The notes beneath the pieces were generated by a model. The model was given only the letters and a program-made list of their open reading frames with translations. It was not told the DNA's origin and searched no databases. A stretch of 64,000 nucleotides of DNA from contig JAUNVP010000007.1 in assembly GCA_030537615.1 (NCBI GenBank), positions 52,227 to 116,226 on the forward strand, given 5' to 3'. Shown here piece after piece: positions 18,354 through 27,927 of the stretch (its first letter is position 1; every line of letters starts with the position of its first letter). Made by a program: the position numbers and the translations under genes. The DNA comes from Actinomycetaceae bacterium (GTDB taxonomy: Bacteria; Actinomycetota; Actinomycetes; Actinomycetales; Actinomycetaceae).

Positions 18354-19997
18354 CTACAGTCCAAGTTCGGCCTCAAACGCGCCCTCTTCGAGGCGCTGCT
18401 TGACCGTCATGAGGTAACGGGCGGCATCGGCACCGTCGACCAGCTGGTGGTCATACGACAGGGCCAAGTACACCATTGAGCGAATGCCAATGGTTTCGTT
18501 GCCGTCCGCGTCCTTCACGACGACGGGGCGCTTGACGATGGTTCCCACGCCGAGGATACCGACCTCGGGGGAGTTGAGAACCGGAGTATCGAACAGCGCG
18601 CCACCGGAGCCAGTGTTAGTGATGGTGAACGTCGAGCCGGACAGCTCGTCGGCACCAATCTTCGAATCGCGGGTGCGAGCCGCGAGATCGTTGATGGCCT
18701 TCGCGATACCCGAGATCGTCAGATCACCAGCATTCTTGATCACCGGAACGAGCAGACCGCGCGGGGTATCGACAGCAATGCCAATGTGCTCATGGTCGAA
18801 GTAGGTTACTTCCTTGCCGTTGATCGCAGCGTTCAGCTTCGGATGCATCTTGAGTGCTTCCGTTGCGGCCTTGACAAAGAAGGGGAGGAAGGTGAGCTTC
18901 GTGCCCTCGCGCTCAAGGAATCCATTCTTCGCGCGAGCGCGGAGCTGGGCAACCTTGGTGACGTCGACCTCGACAACCGTCGTGAGCTGTGCGGACTCCT
19001 GGAGGGAGGCGTGCATGCGCTTAGCAATCGTCTGACGCAGGCGAGTCATCTTCTGGGTGGTGCCGCGCAGCGTGGTGTCCACCTCGACCGTGCGCGCCGG
19101 GGTAGCGGGGGCTGCAGCGGCGGCAGGTTTGGCGGCAGCAGCCTTCTTCGCTTCCTCAGCCTTGCGAGCAGCTTCGAGGATGTCCTCGCGGCGAATGCGA
19201 CCACCAATACCGGTGCCCACAACACTCGCTAGATCAACGCCCTTATCCTTGGCGAGCTTGCGAACGATCGGGGTGACGTAAGATCCCGATGCTGCAGCCT
19301 GCGGTGCAGGTGCGGGCTTCGGTTCTTTCTTGGGTGCTTCGGCCTTTGGTTCTTCCTTGGGCTCGGGCTTGGGCTCTTCCTTCGGCTCTTCAGCCTTGGC
19401 GGGAGCGGCTCCAGGCTTACCGGTAAAGATAACAGCGATGACGGTATCAACATCAACGGTGTCGTCTTCGTCGGCCTTGATTTCTGCGAGGAAACCGGAA
19501 ACCGGGGAAGGAACTTCGGAATCAACCTTGTCGGTTGAGACTTCCAGCAGCGGCTCATCGGCTTCGACTTCGTCACCCACTGACTTCAGCCACGAAGTGA
19601 TGGTGCCTTCGGTGACTGACTCACCGAGAGCGGGCATACGCACCTCAACGGTCTCACCAGCATCGCCACCAGAAGGTGCAGGCTCTTCGGACTTCGGCTC
19701 TTCCTTGGGCTCGTCGGCAGGAGCTTCTGTCGGCTGATCGGCGCCGCTATCAGCTTCGCCCTCGTCACCGACGAGGCACAGCTCGGTGCCGACCTCAACG
19801 GTTTCATCTTCTTCGACGAGGATCTTCGTAATTACGCCCGCCACAGGCGATGGAACCTCAGAATCAACCTTGTCGGTCGAGACTTCAACGATGGGCTCAT
19901 CGACCTCGACGGTGTCACCCACCTGCTTTAGCCAACTAGTGACTGTCCCCTCGGTGACTGATTCACCGAGAGCTGGCATTGTTACAGCTTGTGCCAT
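18354..19997 (-). CDS. sucB: dihydrolipoamide acyltransferase E2 (two lipoyl domains, PSBD, catalytic domain)
   Basis: Two '[15 protein letters not shown]' lipoyl-lysine motifs, Ala/Pro/Glu/Lys linkers, and a C-terminal 'DHQLVDGA' catalytic motif. Confidence 0.85.
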   Translation of the reverse strand: MAQAVTMPALGESVTEGTVTSWLKQVGDTVEVDEPIVEVSTDKVDSEVPSPVAGVITKILVEEDETVEVGTELCLVGDEGEADSGADQPTEAPADEPKEEPKSEEPAPSGGDAGETVEVRMPALGESVTEGTITSWLKSVGDEVEADEPLLEVSTDKVDSEVPSPVSGFLAEIKADEDDTVDVDTVIAVIFTGKPGAAPAKAEEPKEEPKPEPKEEPKAEAPKKEPKPAPAPQAAASGSYVTPIVRKLAKDKGVDLASVVGTGIGGRIRREDILEAARKAEEAKKAAAAKPAAAAAPATPARTVEVDTTLRGTTQKMTRLRQTIAKRMHASLQESAQLTTVVEVDVTKVAQLRARAKNGFLEREGTKLTFLPFFVKAATEALKMHPKLNAAINGKEVTYFDHEHIGIAVDTPRGLLVPVIKNAGDLTISGIAKAINDLAARTRDSKIGADELSGSTFTITNTGSGGALFDTPVLNSPEVGILGVGTIVKRPVVVKDADGNETIGIRSMVYLALSYDHQLVDGADAARYLMTVKQRLEEGAFEAELGL

Positions 19998-20021
19998 TGT
20001 GTCTCCTTCAGTAGATGGGTG

Positions 20022-21398
20022 TTAGTTATGTGAGTGAAGCGGCTTGCCGGCCAGAGCCAGTGCGGCCTCACCAATTGATTCGTTTTGTGTTGGGTGCGCA
20101 TGAATAAGGTTAGCAACATCCTCTGGGTAGGCTTCCCAGTTCACCATGAGCTCACCTTCTCCGACCTGTTCGCCCATGCGAGCGCCGATGGCGTGGAAAC
20201 CAACAATTGGTCCGTCCTCAACGCTGACCAGCTTGACGAAGCCGGTGGTGTCGAGAATCTGCGACTTTCCGTTACCTGCGAGGTTGAACTCGACCGCCTT
20301 GACCTTGTCTGCGCCGTATTCTTCCTTAGCCTGTTTCTCGGTGAGGCCAACCGAGGCGATTTCTGGCTCACAGAAGGTGACGCGCGGAATCCCCGACTCA
20401 ACAATGGTCGGGGGATTAAGTCCGGCGATTTCTTCAGCCACGAAGATTCCCTGGAGGAACCCGCGGTGGGCGAGCTGGAGGCCGGGGACAATGTCGCCAA
20501 CGGCGTAGATATTGCCCACTCCGGTGTGGAGGCGCTCATTGGTCAGCACGAATCCACGATCCATGGGGATACCCTGATCCTCGTAGCCGAGATTCGCCGT
20601 GGCCGGGCCGCGACCGATAGCGACGAGGAGCAGGTCAGCCTCGTAGGTCTTACCGTCATTGGTTTCGACGGTGACTCCCTCGTCGTCCTGCTTCACTGAC
20701 TTGAACATGGTCTTGGTCTTGAACGTGATCTTCCGCTTGCGGAAAGCCCGCTCGAGGTTCTTGGAAATGGCTTCGTCCTCATTAGGAACCAGGTGAGGAA
20801 GACCTTCAATGATGGTTACTTCAGTGCCGAACGATGCCCAGACAGAGGCGAACTCAACGCCAATAACTCCGCCTCCGAGCACGATTGCCTTAGATGGCAC
20901 CCAGTTCATCTGGAGTGCTTGTTCTGAGGTAATGACGCGGCCATCAATCTCGAGGCCCGGGAGAGTTTTTGAGTAGGAACCAGAAGCGAGCAGAATATTC
21001 TTTCCGCGGTATTCTTTGCCGTCAACGGTGACGGTGTCTTTTGCGGTGAGCTTGCCCCAACCTTCGATGTAGTCGATCTTGCGGGATTTTACGAGCCCCT
21101 GTAGTCCCTTGTAGAGCTTGTTCACGACATCATCGCGGTAGTCACTCACGCGATTCATATCGACACCGCCGAATTCAGCATGAATTCCGAAGAACTCAGA
21201 GTTCTTGACAGATTCAGCAACTTCAGCCGCGTGTAGATATGCCTTCGTGGGGATACAGCCGCGGTGTAGGCAGGTACCGCCCAACTTGTCGCCTTCGATA
21301 AGAGCGATCTTTAAACCTAGTTGGGCACCACGAAGGGCGGCAGCGTAGCCGCCCGAACCGGCACCAAGAATGACAATGTCGTACATTTCTTCACTCAC
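20022..21398 (-). CDS. lpdA: dihydrolipoyl dehydrogenase (E3)
   Basis: 'YDIVILGAGSGGYAAA' FAD site, 'GGTCLHRGCIPTK' redox-active disulfide, and a C-terminal 'HAHPT' motif. Confidence 0.9.
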   Translation of the reverse strand: MSEEMYDIVILGAGSGGYAAALRGAQLGLKIALIEGDKLGGTCLHRGCIPTKAYLHAAEVAESVKNSEFFGIHAEFGGVDMNRVSDYRDDVVNKLYKGLQGLVKSRKIDYIEGWGKLTAKDTVTVDGKEYRGKNILLASGSYSKTLPGLEIDGRVITSEQALQMNWVPSKAIVLGGGVIGVEFASVWASFGTEVTIIEGLPHLVPNEDEAISKNLERAFRKRKITFKTKTMFKSVKQDDEGVTVETNDGKTYEADLLLVAIGRGPATANLGYEDQGIPMDRGFVLTNERLHTGVGNIYAVGDIVPGLQLAHRGFLQGIFVAEEIAGLNPPTIVESGIPRVTFCEPEIASVGLTEKQAKEEYGADKVKAVEFNLAGNGKSQILDTTGFVKLVSVEDGPIVGFHAIGARMGEQVGEGELMVNWEAYPEDVANLIHAHPTQNESIGEAALALAGKPLHSHN

Positions 21399-21554
21399 GT
21401 GATTCTCCTTGTGCAGCGTTGCGAGACCTGACGGTCACACTTAGGCCCATTGTCCCACTGATTTGCCTTGTTCGCTTGAGGAAGTTGGCGATATCTCACG
21501 GATAGAATGTGCCATTGTCAACATGCGTTTAGTGTCTGCCATCGGGGCTAAAAA

Positions 21555-21602
21555 GATCACCCAATCGAAGTTAAAAAGATCATGAACTTCGATTGGGTGA
21601 TC
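21555..21602 (-). terminator. strong intrinsic terminator downstream of pepA
   Basis: 18-bp perfect inverted repeat gatcacccaatcgaagtt / aacttcgattgggtgatc with a 12-nt loop, followed on the minus strand by TTTTT. Confidence 0.7.
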
Positions 21603-21611
21603 GTCAATTCG

Positions 21612-23075
21612 CTAGAGGAGGGATTCAACCCATTCGACGAGCGTCAGCAGGCTCATGCCGGTTGCCCCCTTAGCATTCGCGCCCCACGCGGCTTCATCGT
21701 TGTAGGACGGTCCGGCAATGTCGAGGTGCGCCCACGGTTTATCGGCAACAAACTCTTGAAGGAATACACCGGCAACGAGCATGCCGCCCCAACGCGTACC
21801 CTTGTTCGCAATGTCAGCCACGTTCGACTTGAGCGATTCGCGCAGATACAGCGGTAGGGGAGCAGGCCACATGGCCTCTCCGACCTCATTAGCGCAACTG
21901 ACGATGACGTCTCGCACTTCGGCGGTTCCCATGACGCCGGCGGTGCGAGCACCGAGTCCGACCATCTGTGCGCCGGTGAGCGTTGCGACATCGACGATGG
22001 CATCGGTATCAGTTTCAGCGGCAAGCGCGAGTGCGTCAGCCATGACGAGGCGGCCTTCAGCATCGGTGTTGAGCACTTCGACCGTCATTCCGTTGCGGAT
22101 CGTAATGACGTCAGACGGGCGTTGTGCATGACCACCGGGCATGTTCTCTGCCAGAGCCAAATAGGTGGTGATCCCCACCTGTAGACCGAGTTTCGCGGCG
22201 GCGATCGTGGCATTGAGTACGGTGGCGGCACCCGTCATATCGGACTTCATCGTCTCCATCGAATCCGACGGTTTGAGTGAGAGGCCACCCGAATCGAACG
22301 TAATCCCTTTTCCGACAAAACTGATGTGACGTTGAGCGTTATCCGGAGCGTAGGTCAGCTTCACGAGTCGGGGGCCGCGGTCAGATCCAGCTCCGACCGC
22401 GAGAATCCCACCGCAGTTTTCTTTATGGAGACGATCTTCATCCCAAACCTCAACGGCGATGGGAAGGCCGTCTACAGCGTCGGCAACGTACTCAACAAAC
22501 GTTTCGGGATAGAGGTCGTTCGGAGCTCGGTTGACCAAATCCATGATGGACATCTGGGCGTTCGCCAGAGCGTGGATACGGGCGACAGCTTCGTCTTCAT
22601 CGATTGACTCGGGAGCAACAATGACCAGTTCGTCGAGACCGGGGGCGTCCGAGTCCCGATAGTCTGAAAACTGGTAGGAGCCGACGAGTGCTCCAACACC
22701 CGCGGAAACAACCTCGTCGAAGGTTTCATAGGTGCCGGCGAGAGTGACGCGAGTGGCTTTCGCCCCGCGCACGCCGATTGCCGCATAGTGTCGGTGGCGG
22801 CCGGTACCACTCATTTCGATACCGTCGTCGAGGCTGGTGCGACGCGTCTTCAGCATGGTCGGAGTCTCGGTGCCTACGAGAGTTACTTTGCGTGCCTGAG
22901 TGCCGCACGACGGGAGTACGGTGGTCGCGCCGGCATCCGTTTGTGGATCGAGCTCGGTGATCGCCTGGTCGAGTGTGTCGGTTGCTACTGACGCGCCCTC
23001 ATCGTTCACGTAAGCCACGAGCAGATCGGTTGAAATTTCTACTGGATTCGTTTGAGTTAGTGTAATCGTAGTCAT
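21612..23075 (-). CDS. pepA: leucyl aminopeptidase (M17)
   Basis: M17 family 'NTDAEGRL' active-site motif and catalytic-domain conservation. Confidence 0.9.
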   Translation of the reverse strand: MTTITLTQTNPVEISTDLLVAYVNDEGASVATDTLDQAITELDPQTDAGATTVLPSCGTQARKVTLVGTETPTMLKTRRTSLDDGIEMSGTGRHRHYAAIGVRGAKATRVTLAGTYETFDEVVSAGVGALVGSYQFSDYRDSDAPGLDELVIVAPESIDEDEAVARIHALANAQMSIMDLVNRAPNDLYPETFVEYVADAVDGLPIAVEVWDEDRLHKENCGGILAVGAGSDRGPRLVKLTYAPDNAQRHISFVGKGITFDSGGLSLKPSDSMETMKSDMTGAATVLNATIAAAKLGLQVGITTYLALAENMPGGHAQRPSDVITIRNGMTVEVLNTDAEGRLVMADALALAAETDTDAIVDVATLTGAQMVGLGARTAGVMGTAEVRDVIVSCANEVGEAMWPAPLPLYLRESLKSNVADIANKGTRWGGMLVAGVFLQEFVADKPWAHLDIAGPSYNDEAAWGANAKGATGMSLLTLVEWVESLL

Positions 23076-23165
23076 GAGCTCATCGTAGCGAATAGTCCTG
23101 GCGGGCTCGATTTAGGATCTGCTTCGTGCGTGAGTGAGTACACCTAGAGCTGATGCGTTGCATTC

Positions 23166-23693
23166 GTGCGAGCCGGTAGAATTACGGTGCTAGACAACTG
23201 TCTGATGCGAGGGGTTGGAACGATGAGTGGACATGAGGCCGCAGGATCGCGGATTCAGTCTGCAGACGATCGTCGCGGAGCATCACACGGGCTCGGTCGC
23301 ATCGTGATCGGCCTCTTTTGGATCGCCGCCGCGCTCTTTCTTTTCACGTCAGTGTCGGACTACATGCATTTTCCCACTGAGCCAATCGGTCCGCGGTTAG
23401 TCTCTGTGCTCGCTGCCGTTGGGTATGTCGTCGGTGCGATCGCTTTAACTCACAACGGGCGGCGCATGCGCATGATCGGCTGGACGGCCGTGGGCTTCGA
23501 GTTGGCAGGTGCTTTCATCACTGGCATGGTAGGAATCGGTGTGGATGATATCGGTGCGATACGGAGTGTTTGGGGGAATTTCGGCGCGCAATATCTCTAT
23601 GTACCGCTTATTCTGCCGATTATCGGCTTAGGGTGGCTGTGGTGGTCGAATCCCCGCCGAATCGTGGAGATTTCTGAAATCCTTGATCGCTAA
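23166..23693 (+). CDS. hypothetical integral membrane protein (4 TM)
   Basis: Hydrophobicity pattern only. No recognisable motif. Confidence 0.35.
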   Translation: MRAGRITVLDNCLMRGVGTMSGHEAAGSRIQSADDRRGASHGLGRIVIGLFWIAAALFLFTSVSDYMHFPTEPIGPRLVSVLAAVGYVVGAIALTHNGRRMRMIGWTAVGFELAGAFITGMVGIGVDDIGAIRSVWGNFGAQYLYVPLILPIIGLGWLWWSNPRRIVEISEILDR

Positions 23694-23802
23694 GTAGTTC
23701 GTTCTACGCTTGTCGACCGTGAGGTCTTTCGTTACGAGATGTCCATTCGAGTCAAAGAGCTTACGGTAGAAGCTAACCAAGCGAATACTAGGGGCGAAGT
23801 GT

Positions 23803-24291
23803 TTAAACCCCGCCCACAAATCCCAGTTGGCGCCACGCTTCGTAGAGGCCAATGGCGGCAGAATTGGCGAGGTTGAGGGAACGGATGTCCGCGAGCATGG
23901 GGATGCGGACAAGATCGGCGAGACGAGGGTCGTCCATCACTTCTTGGGGGAGGCCGGTGGGCTCGGGGCCAAAGAGAAGCCCGTCACCGTCGCCGTAAGA
24001 AATCTCCGTGTGAAATGTTGACGCATGCCCGGTGAAAGCATAAACCTTCCCCGGCACCTGCTCGAAAACCTCATCGAGCGTATCGTGAGTGGTGACATGC
24101 GCGAGGTCGTGGTAGTCGAGACCAGCTCTCTTGAGTTTCGTGTCATCGGTCATGTCGAATAGGGGATTGACGACGTGAAGCATCGATCCCGTGCATGCCG
24201 ATAATCGAATTGCCGCTCCCGTATTTCCGGGAATGCGAGGCTCAAAAAAGATGACGTGAAGCACCCGACCAGTGTAGTTCGGGCACCTCAC
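23803..24291 (-). CDS. trmL: tRNA (cytidine/uridine-2'-O)-methyltransferase, SpoU/TrmL family
   Basis: 162 aa SPOUT-class fold ('HVIFFEPRIPGNTGAAIRL', 'LLFGPEPTGLP'). Confidence 0.8.
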   Translation of the reverse strand: MRCPNYTGRVLHVIFFEPRIPGNTGAAIRLSACTGSMLHVVNPLFDMTDDTKLKRAGLDYHDLAHVTTHDTLDEVFEQVPGKVYAFTGHASTFHTEISYGDGDGLLFGPEPTGLPQEVMDDPRLADLVRIPMLADIRSLNLANSAAIGLYEAWRQLGFVGGV

Positions 24292-24313
24292 GTCACCAAA
24301 GTTGTCGCTACCG

Positions 24314-24847
24314 TCAGGTCTGCTGGAACTCGAGTGTTAGTGATCCGCGCGCGATGGTGTGGAACAGGGCGGTGAATGAAGCCACCGTAATTGATGCGTC
24401 GTCGTCAAGGTTGAGAGTGTCCGTGTCGAGTGCGTGAACCGTGAACACGTAGCGGTGCGGACGATCACCTTTCGGTGGGGCAGCACCGTAGTAGGCAGCC
24501 TGGCCGGAATCTCCCTTGAGATGGAAGGCCGCTCCGTCAAGTTCGAGGTCGGAGGTGCCTGCGCCCTCGGGAAGAGAAGTTTGGTCGGCTGGAAGGTCAA
24601 TAATGCACCAGTGCCAAAAACCTGCCGGAGTCGGTGCGTCAGGATCGAAGCAAGTGACCATAAATGAGCGAGTTTCCTCGGGGAAACCGCTCCATGATAG
24701 CTGGGGAGATACGGAACCGCCGGCGGCTGTTTGGGGCTCCTTCATCGCGGAGCCGTCCTCACCGGTCGAACTTGTCACAGAAAATAGAGGGACGGGAGGG
24801 AGTACCTCGTCCGGATGAGGGGCAAGTGGTCGTTTGTTGAGGTCCAC
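24314..24847 (-). CDS. YbhB/YbcL-family phosphatidylethanolamine-binding (Raf-kinase-inhibitor-like) protein
   Basis: PEBP motifs ('CFDPDAPT', 'HRYVFTVHALD'). Confidence 0.75.
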   Translation of the reverse strand: MDLNKRPLAPHPDEVLPPVPLFSVTSSTGEDGSAMKEPQTAAGGSVSPQLSWSGFPEETRSFMVTCFDPDAPTPAGFWHWCIIDLPADQTSLPEGAGTSDLELDGAAFHLKGDSGQAAYYGAAPPKGDRPHRYVFTVHALDTDTLNLDDDASITVASFTALFHTIARGSLTLEFQQT

Positions 24848-24971
24848 GGCCTACTCCTTTGCACAGTCGGGAACATCTCACATTTACTGTATCGGCAATC
24901 GGTGCTGACGTGCAGAGGGAGTTGCGATTTTCTGCTGAGGATTTCAATTGTCGGAACCATAGAATAAGCTA

Positions 24972-24987
24972 TCGAACACACGTTCGA
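24972..24987 (+). promoter_or_regulatory. LexA SOS box (TCGAAC-N4-GTTCGA)
   Basis: Perfect TCGAACACACGTTCGA palindrome 31 nt upstream of the imuA' start. Matches the actinobacterial/Gram-positive LexA operator consensus. Confidence 0.8.
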
Positions 24988-25017
24988 AATAGTTGGGGGA
25001 GAAAGCGATGAGAGAAA

Positions 25018-25524
25018 ATGAATCGCGTCGCTACCGTGGTGCGACTTTCAGGGGGACACACAAAAACTGAGCGATTGGAGGCCGCGCGTCGCAGCCTCGC
25101 GGACATTGAAAACACGATAGGTGTTCAACCGGTATCGAATAATCTGCGCGGACAGGTATGGCACGTGAGTGGAGGGAACGAACAGTTATTTCGAGCTCTT
25201 GCGTCCGTACAGAACACCGGGCAGTGGATTGGGTTCGCCGGGCTGCCTTATCCAGGATGGTGTGCGGCTCAAGAAGCCGGAATAGATCTGCGTCGAGTTC
25301 TTGTTGTCGAAGAGGTGGATCCGTATCCGGCGCGTGTGCTCGCCACACTTATTGATGGGCTCGACATTGTTGTCTGCGGAGATAGTGGTCTTGAACGTCG
25401 TCACTATCGTTCCCTCGGAGGACGTGCGCGCTCACGCGGTTGTCTCGTCATAACTACTCACCCGTGGATTGGGGTTTCCAAACCCTGGCTACGCGGCAAC
25501 GTTCGGCATTTGGAGGCCGTATGA
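25018..25524 (+). CDS. imuA: ImuA'-like (inactive RecA-fold) mutasome accessory protein
   Basis: 168 aa. SOS box upstream, 4-nt ATGA overlap with imuB, and a weak RecA-like core ('WIGFAGLPYPGWCAAQEAGIDLRRVLVV'). The call rests mainly on context. Confidence 0.55.
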   Translation: MNRVATVVRLSGGHTKTERLEAARRSLADIENTIGVQPVSNNLRGQVWHVSGGNEQLFRALASVQNTGQWIGFAGLPYPGWCAAQEAGIDLRRVLVVEEVDPYPARVLATLIDGLDIVVCGDSGLERRHYRSLGGRARSRGCLVITTHPWIGVSKPWLRGNVRHLEAV

Positions 25525-27182
25525 AACGCGTTGTACTCGTGTGGTTTCCCGATTGGGAAACCAATGCGCTCGTCATCGATTGCCCACCGGGAACTCCCGC
25601 TGTATCAGTTGGTCAAGGGCGCGTATTACACGCCACCATACGGGCCCGCTCTTACGGTATTCGTGCGGGAATGCGGGTTTCCCTGGCCCAACACCTGTGC
25701 GCCGATCTCGTGACTGTTCCCTATGATGAAGCGCGCAGTGCACGGTCTTTTTACGCGGTTCTCGATGCGTTAGATGAAGTTTCGGCCCACGTATGTGCCA
25801 TTGCGCCGGGAATCGCATGGATGCCGGCATCGGCTGCTCGGTGGTTCGGTAGTGAAGAAATCCTCTGCGAGAGAGCTCTCGACGCAGTCGCGCTTCATAC
25901 GGGAAGTGAATGCAGTATCGGAATTGGTTCGGGGCTACTGGGTGCGTGGGCTGCGGCGCGCCGCGGTGAAATCGCCACGGATGACAGCGCTATCCGTCAG
26001 CTTAAGATCGCCGACCTTGTTCCACTCATTCCCGGAGATCGCGTCGCAGAAGTTGTGGATTCTCTTCGCGTGTTGGGAATCGTGTCGGTAGGCGACCTTA
26101 TCGATTTTGGTCCCGCCACCGTCGCGTCGCGTTTCGGTGACGTCGGGTTAGCGCTTGAACGCTTGCTGACGCGGGACGTTCCCCTGCAAATTGACAGTGC
26201 TGTCGTCGAGGACGACCTCAGTGAAACCATCGAATTTGCGTCGCCTGTTAGTGATACTGCGATCGTCGTCGGGCATTTTATTTCAGTTGCGACAGCAATC
26301 GTCAAAGGAATGGTTAATAGGCAAGTGTCATCAGCAGCTATCCGTATCAGCGCGACAATGACTACTCCGCGTGCAGAAGTAACGCGAGAGCGGCTGTGGT
26401 CGTTGACAGATTTCCCTACGCCACGCGATATAACCGACCGGGTGCGTTGGCAAACCCAAGGGTGGATTGACGCTATCAATCGGACTTCTTTGCCCGAATA
26501 CGATATTGACTCACAGGACGTGTACGGTCTGACGTCACTAACTGTCACCGTCATTGATCCTTTCCCCATCGACGCACTGGCAGCGCGATTGTGGGGCCAG
26601 CGCAGTGAAGAAGACACCCGAGCGTCAACAACAGCGTTTCGGCTACAGGCCCTTCTCGGTGTCGATCGCGTGCAGCGTCCCCGTATCATTGATGGCTTTG
26701 ACCCCGTTACGCGAGTGCTCTTAGAAACGTGGGGAACGGTCAGTGAACAGCAAGCATGGGAAAGATGGGAGCTTCCTCCGCGGTGGCGTGACCACGCAAC
26801 CTACTCGTCACGGCAACAGTGGAACGGGCGCATGCGCGGCGAATCGCCCGCCACAGTTTTCGATGAGGGCGTTCTCGCTACGTTGCTTGATGCACAAGGC
26901 CAGCCTGTCACAATCGAAACGACAGGTGCTCTCTGTGTCTCTCCCACCCGTCTCATGCTTAACGATGGCCACCCGCTACTGCATTCAATCGGTTTACGTG
27001 CGGGAGAATCGTACCCCGTCGAACGGGTGCGCGGTCCGTGGCCGATTCTTGGACGCTGGTGGGAGGACGACAGCGGGATTCGAGGAACGAGAGCATGGCT
27101 CACGGTGATTCCTCGGGACTCGGTTGCTCTTCTTCTTGCCTGGAAAAGCGGTCAATGGACAGTGGTTGCACTATGGTACTGA
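25521..27182 (+). CDS. imuB: ImuB (catalytically dead Y-family polymerase-like mutasome subunit)
   Basis: Start trimmed to 'MKRVVLVWFPDWETNAL'. Y-family palm-like N-terminus without the acidic catalytic triad. Sits upstream of dnaE2. Confidence 0.8.
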   Translation: MKRVVLVWFPDWETNALVIDCPPGTPAVSVGQGRVLHATIRARSYGIRAGMRVSLAQHLCADLVTVPYDEARSARSFYAVLDALDEVSAHVCAIAPGIAWMPASAARWFGSEEILCERALDAVALHTGSECSIGIGSGLLGAWAAARRGEIATDDSAIRQLKIADLVPLIPGDRVAEVVDSLRVLGIVSVGDLIDFGPATVASRFGDVGLALERLLTRDVPLQIDSAVVEDDLSETIEFASPVSDTAIVVGHFISVATAIVKGMVNRQVSSAAIRISATMTTPRAEVTRERLWSLTDFPTPRDITDRVRWQTQGWIDAINRTSLPEYDIDSQDVYGLTSLTVTVIDPFPIDALAARLWGQRSEEDTRASTTAFRLQALLGVDRVQRPRIIDGFDPVTRVLLETWGTVSEQQAWERWELPPRWRDHATYSSRQQWNGRMRGESPATVFDEGVLATLLDAQGQPVTIETTGALCVSPTRLMLNDGHPLLHSIGLRAGESYPVERVRGPWPILGRWWEDDSGIRGTRAWLTVIPRDSVALLLAWKSGQWTVVALWY

Positions 27183-27297
27183 ACAATTGGCTACCCTACG
27201 GAGATGTGTTGAGGTGGTAGGGCTCACTGATGAAAAACTCGCGTGAGGTCTCGCATGTGGTAATAGTCGTAAGTTGGGATAATTTTGGAGGGCGATA

Positions 27298-27927
27298 GTG
27301 GCGAAACTGTATTTCCGCTACGGGGCGATGAACTCAGGAAAATCAACCGCACTGCTTCAAGCCGCATATAACTACGAAGAACGCGGGCAACGCGTCGTCC
27401 TCGCTAAACCGTCAATCGACACCAAGGGAGATGCACATATCGTTTCCCGTCTCGGAGTTACTCGCACAGTTGATCTGCTCGTCGCAGCCGGTGAGAACTT
27501 CCGCGACGCATTCCACCAGGTGGCATCCGGAGATGATCCCGATGCGCTCGTCCCGCACGTGGATACTCTCCCCGTCGCCGCGCTCCTCATCGACGAAGCA
27601 CAGTTCTTCACGCCCGAACAGATTGATGACATGTTCCGCGTAGCAATCCTCGACGACGTGCCGGTTTTGGCCTACGGAATACGAACAGACTTCCAAACGG
27701 TCGCTTTCCCCGGTGCTCGTCGCTTACTCGAAATCGCTCATTCGATTGAAGAACTGAAAACAATCTGCCGATGCGGACGTAAAGCGGTTTTCAATGGTCG
27801 AAAAGTTGATGGCAGATTCGTGTTTGACGGTGATCAGGTAGCCATAGACGGCGTCGATGTCACGTACGAATCACTGTGCGGGGCCTGTTACCTCGATGAG
27901 TCCGGGGGAGAGCTCGAACCTCGATGA
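27298..27927 (+). CDS. tdk: thymidine kinase
   Basis: P-loop 'GAMNSGKST' and a C-terminal zinc ribbon 'CRCG...CGAC'. GTG start. Confidence 0.9.
   Translation: MAKLYFRYGAMNSGKSTALLQAAYNYEERGQRVVLAKPSIDTKGDAHIVSRLGVTRTVDLLVAAGENFRDAFHQVASGDDPDALVPHVDTLPVAALLIDEAQFFTPEQIDDMFRVAILDDVPVLAYGIRTDFQTVAFPGARRLLEIAHSIEELKTICRCGRKAVFNGRKVDGRFVFDGDQVAIDGVDVTYESLCGACYLDESGGELEPR

Noticed and set aside
19057-19800. Highly repetitive DNA that superficially resembles an array of short repeats.
   Set aside because: It encodes the Ala/Pro/Glu/Lys-rich inter-domain linkers (PKEEPK-type repeats) of the E2 acyltransferase. It is in frame with flanking lipoyl and catalytic domains. Not CRISPR or a mobile repeat.
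21582-21857. 91-aa ORF spanning the lpd-pepA intergenic hairpin.
   Set aside because: It is produced by reading through the 18-bp terminator hairpin and into antisense pepA. No ribosome-binding site. Spurious.
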